DNA of 28,046 nt, taken from NCBI GenBank assembly GCA_945645715.1, contig CALZFJ010000001.1, positions 1 through 28,046 of the forward strand, written 5' to 3'. Positions 24,740 through 28,046 of the stretch are shown here, piece after piece; positions within the stretch are counted from its first letter, which is position 1, and every line of letters begins with the position of its first letter. Made by a program: the position numbers and the translations under genes. The notes below the pieces were generated by a model. That model was not told the origin of the DNA. It was given only the letters and a program-made list of their open reading frames with translations, and ran no database searches. Source of the stretch: an uncultured Prevotellaceae bacterium (lineage in GTDB: Bacteria; Bacteroidota; Bacteroidia; Bacteroidales; Muribaculaceae).

Positions 24740-27043
24740 ATGCCCAACAAGCCTTTGCAACATATTATCCACTTCTTGCTCCTCACCGCCTGCCTTGCAG
24801 TGGTGAGCTGCTCTACCACCCGACGCATCGACCCCGATGAGGTGCTCTACATTGGTGTTGACGGCATGAAAATCACCACTGCCGATAGTCAGCGCGTTGA
24901 TGATGGCGTCAAGACGAGCCTCGACGATGCCATAAATGTGAGTCCTAATGGCGCAATCATATCTCCATGGCTGCGTTCTCCGCTGCAATTCGGCTTGTGG
25001 ATATATAATTGGGGCGACTCCACCTCCACCGGACTGAAGCGGTGGATAGTTGACCATCTCGGTCGTACACCGGTGCTAATCAGCGACGTCAAGCCCGACT
25101 TGCGCCTCGAAATGATGCGCGACGTGCTCAACAACAATGGCTACTTCGGCTCTTCGGCTTCCTATGAACTTCTCTACAGCAAAGACCGCCGACAAGCCGA
25201 AATTCTCTATCGCGTGAACCTCACAAAGCCTTACACCTTCAGCAACATCGAGTTCTTCCACCCAACAACCCGGCTCGAGAACTACATCGACTCGGTGGCT
25301 CAGCGGCAGAACTATCTCTCTGCCGGAAACCGCTACTGCACCGACTCGCTCGACATGGTGCGTAACCGCATCACCGACATCGTGCGCAACAACGGATATT
25401 ATTTCTTCAAGCCTCAATATATCGAATATCTTGCCGACACCACGCAGCTTCACCGCCAAATGGCTCTAAAGCTCGTGCTTGCCGACAACATTCCGGCTAC
25501 TGCGCTCAAGAAATACTACATAGGCAACGTCACCACCAATATCTACAACTACTATGGCGTAGATGACAACCCCGACACCATTGCCACCCCACGCTGCACG
25601 CTCATCAAGTACAATCCCGTGCGTGTGCGACAGAATGCCATTTCCTCAGCCATCTCAATGCGGCACGGCAGGGCTTTCTCGGTGAGATCAATCGAACGCA
25701 CCCAAAGCAACCTTTCGCGGCTGGGCATCTTCAGCAGCGTGGATATCAGCACCACTCCTATGGATTCTATCACGAGCGACACGCTCGACGTAACTATCGA
25801 CTGCCGCCTCGACCTTCCGCTCGAAACCAAATTTGAGATTCAAGCTGCCTCCAAATCAAATAGCTACATCGGTCCGTCGGCGGTGCTCGGACTGACCAAC
25901 AAGAACCTCTTCGGCGGCGGCGAGCAACTCTCTACCGAACTGAAATTCTCCTATGAATGGCAGACCGGCAAGAACGTGGGAAACAAGCTCAACTCCTACG
26001 AGGTGGGCGCCAACGTGAACCTAATGTTTCCTCGACTGCTTGCACCAAGCTTCGTCGATCGCTCACGTCGCTACATCAACCGCACAAATATATCGCTCAG
26101 CGCAAGCCTAATCAATCGCCCCAAATACTTCAAAATGCTCGATGCAAGCATAGGCATGAAGTGGGAATGGCACGCCACACGATTCTCGCTCAACGAGTTC
26201 TCCCCTCTCACACTGAAGTATTCCAAGCTGCTCAACTATAGCGACGATTTCTCGAAAATGGCTTTGGACAACCCAATAATCGCCAACAGCTTCGACGACA
26301 AGTTCCTGCCTATGATGACCTACTCCTACACCTACGACCGGCGGTTCGATAGCTGTAACTCTCTCAACTGGAACTTCTCGGTAGCTGAGTCGGGCAATGT
26401 GATATGCGGCATCTGGGCTCTCACCGGCTCTCATGGCGGCAAGGACTCAAAATCACTATTCGGGACACCGATATCGCAGTTTGTGAAGGCTTCTACCCAG
26501 CTCGTCTATTCACACCAGTTCCTGCCCGGACACTGGCTCGTGGGACGCACCTACCTTGGCATTGCACACGCCTACGGTAATTCCTCCGAAGTTCCTTTCT
26601 CCGAGCAATTCTATGTGGGCGGCTCCAATTCACTGCGTGCCTTCACAGCCCGCTCTATCGGCCCCGGACGCTATCACGAGAATAACAATTACTTTGAATT
26701 CTTCGACCAATCGGGTACCTTCAAGTTTGAGTTGAATCTCGAATACCGTTTCCCGATTATCAGCCAGCTCCACGGAGCACTCTTCATCGATGCCGGCAAT
26801 GTGTGGATTCTAAAGGAAGATGAACTGCGCCCCGGAGCAATGCTCTCGGCAAAGCACTTCTTCGACGACCTCGCTCTGGGCACCGGTGCCGGACTGCGTT
26901 TCGATGCCGGATTCATTGTGGTTCGCGCCGACCTCGGCATAGGCATTCACTACCCCTATGAAACCTCAAAATCGGGCTACTACAACATGGAGTCGTTCAA
27001 GAACTCCCTCTGCCTCCATTTCGCAATCGGCTACCCCTTCTGA
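24740..27043 (+). CDS. tamL: Omp85 family lipoprotein, TamL/TamA-like
   Basis: Lipobox VVSC after a hydrophobic segment, POTRA-like region, Omp85 loop FYVGGSNSLRAF, FIDAGNVW and C-terminal FAIGYPF; starts 2 nt after the tamB stop. Confidence 0.88.
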   Translation: MPNKPLQHIIHFLLLTACLAVVSCSTTRRIDPDEVLYIGVDGMKITTADSQRVDDGVKTSLDDAINVSPNGAIISPWLRSPLQFGLWIYNWGDSTSTGLKRWIVDHLGRTPVLISDVKPDLRLEMMRDVLNNNGYFGSSASYELLYSKDRRQAEILYRVNLTKPYTFSNIEFFHPTTRLENYIDSVAQRQNYLSAGNRYCTDSLDMVRNRITDIVRNNGYYFFKPQYIEYLADTTQLHRQMALKLVLADNIPATALKKYYIGNVTTNIYNYYGVDDNPDTIATPRCTLIKYNPVRVRQNAISSAISMRHGRAFSVRSIERTQSNLSRLGIFSSVDISTTPMDSITSDTLDVTIDCRLDLPLETKFEIQAASKSNSYIGPSAVLGLTNKNLFGGGEQLSTELKFSYEWQTGKNVGNKLNSYEVGANVNLMFPRLLAPSFVDRSRRYINRTNISLSASLINRPKYFKMLDASIGMKWEWHATRFSLNEFSPLTLKYSKLLNYSDDFSKMALDNPIIANSFDDKFLPMMTYSYTYDRRFDSCNSLNWNFSVAESGNVICGIWALTGSHGGKDSKSLFGTPISQFVKASTQLVYSHQFLPGHWLVGRTYLGIAHAYGNSSEVPFSEQFYVGGSNSLRAFTARSIGPGRYHENNNYFEFFDQSGTFKFELNLEYRFPIISQLHGALFIDAGNVWILKEDELRPGAMLSAKHFFDDLALGTGAGLRFDAGFIVVRADLGIGIHYPYETSKSGYYNMESFKNSLCLHFAIGYPF

Positions 27044-27070
27044 GCACCACTATGCACCGCCCGAAAACAA

Positions 27071-27100
27071 AAAAGGAGCCTCCACTATGGGGCTCTTTTT
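27071..27100. terminator. Bidirectional intrinsic terminator between tamL and the thioredoxin-fold gene
   Basis: AAAAGGAGCCTC...GGGGCTCTTTTT stem with an A-run and a T-run. Confidence 0.8.
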
Positions 27101-27122
27101 GATGAATAGGGGTATCGGCAAC

Positions 27123-27605
27123 TTAGCCGATAAAATTCTCAATCGTTTCTGCCGAAGGATTCACTGCCACTATCTTGCCCTCGGGCGAGATGAGCATTGC
27201 ACAATATCCATTCTCCAGGTTATAAGCCTTGAAAATGCCCGATGCGCTTCCTTCTGCATCGCGGAACTGCGACTCTGCGGCAAGAGCGTCGTTTTTCACA
27301 ATCTCATTATAGACTGCCGCCGACGGGTCATAGTTCACAGCAACAAACTCCATTTCTGCATGATTGCGGGCAAGCCGGTCGTAGGCTATCGTAGCTATTC
27401 GCGACTCTGCATCGGTCGAGGACCAAAACGATACGAGCACATAGGCTCCTCTCAACTTCTGCAATTCCACCTTGTTGCCATCTTTCTCAACGCTGAACCC
27501 CGGTGCCGTGTAACCAATGCGGCTGTCGGCCGGCGTTTCATAGCGCGCTGATGTGAAGATGAAGATGAATGCTGCAATCACAATCAATAATAACTGTTTC
27601 TTCAT
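27123..27605 (-). CDS. Exported TlpA/AhpC-TSA-like thioredoxin-fold protein lacking CXXC
   Basis: N-terminal hydrophobic anchor; GYTAPGF...LRGAYVLVSFW pattern and MLISPEGKIVA end are TlpA-like; the active-site position reads WSSTDAESR. Confidence 0.8.
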   Translation of the reverse strand: MKKQLLLIVIAAFIFIFTSARYETPADSRIGYTAPGFSVEKDGNKVELQKLRGAYVLVSFWSSTDAESRIATIAYDRLARNHAEMEFVAVNYDPSAAVYNEIVKNDALAAESQFRDAEGSASGIFKAYNLENGYCAMLISPEGKIVAVNPSAETIENFIG

Positions 27606-27741
27606 CTAATTCAATTAAAAGTTGATACTAAAGGTCCTGTGTGGCTGCCTTCGGGCTGCCAAGCACCGCGAGAACATCTCGTGGGTGCGACCCCTGCCGA
27701 TTTTCGGCTCTTAATCAATACATAGATTACCTAAAACGCTG

Positions 27742-27773
27742 CAAAGTTAAACAAAAAAATCGATTCTGCCAAA
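27742..27773 (-). promoter_or_regulatory. Promoter of the thioredoxin-fold gene
   Basis: TTTG (27773-27770), 20-nt spacer, TAACTTTG (27749-27742); implies a ~130-nt 5' leader. Confidence 0.8.
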
Positions 27774-28046
27774 TTTTTAACTCACCGGATCCTGAGCTAC
27801 CATTGATTATCAACTACTTATCCTACACTAAAATGCCAGTTTAGTTAATTCCCTAAAATAATTTAACTTAATTCTGTTAAATAAGCTTGAAAACGCATCA
27901 TCAAGGCTTTATTCCTCACTTTTATAGCCTCTAAGTCATAGAATATTTTTGCATAGCACTCAATTTTGCATATTTTCTGCATACATTGCCGATGAGTTTA
28001 ACCTAAAATCCGCAACTATCATCCAATACACGATTAAGGGTAGATT

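Noticed and set aside
26958-27551. 197-aa plus-strand ORF overlapping the tamL end and the thioredoxin-fold gene
   Set aside because: Crosses a bidirectional terminator, is antisense to a credible gene and has no motifs.
27780-28046. AT-rich terminal segment as a promoter or gene start
   Set aside because: Only imperfect -7 matches and no assignable ORF within the window; needs flanking sequence.

Overview
Chromosomal window of a Bacteroidales bacterium (probably Muribaculaceae-like). The assignment rests on the recurring TAnnTTTG -7 promoter elements, a GENNYALAA tmRNA tag, the TamB-TamL gene order and a T9SS-type C-terminal domain. Most of the window is housekeeping: partial tsaC/sua5, patatin, GH13, prs, tmRNA, LptF/G permease, tgt, a secreted esterase, transketolase, a FucP-like MFS transporter, two tandem NSS transporters, VanZ-TamB-TamL and a cysteine-less thioredoxin-fold protein. 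The most interesting part is the block between prs and ssrA (~4.0-8.45 kb), where two divergent units share a ~100-bp control region. (i) A cobalamin riboswitch is followed by a ~420-nt leader containing an 11-bp inverted repeat around an internal -7-like element, a second copy of the riboswitch 3' end and a hairpin cluster; it drives an orphan DUF5074/BtuG-like beta-propeller with a T9SS-type tail. (ii) A UmuD peptidase fused to an Acinetobacter UmuDAb-like N-terminal domain is followed by umuC, with a TTGAAT-N13-ATTCAA palindrome in the promoter, suggesting a self-repressing mutagenesis cassette. No integrase, transposase, CRISPR array, rRNA or tRNA was seen. Family assignments come from motif recognition by eye; no database searches or folding computations were run.
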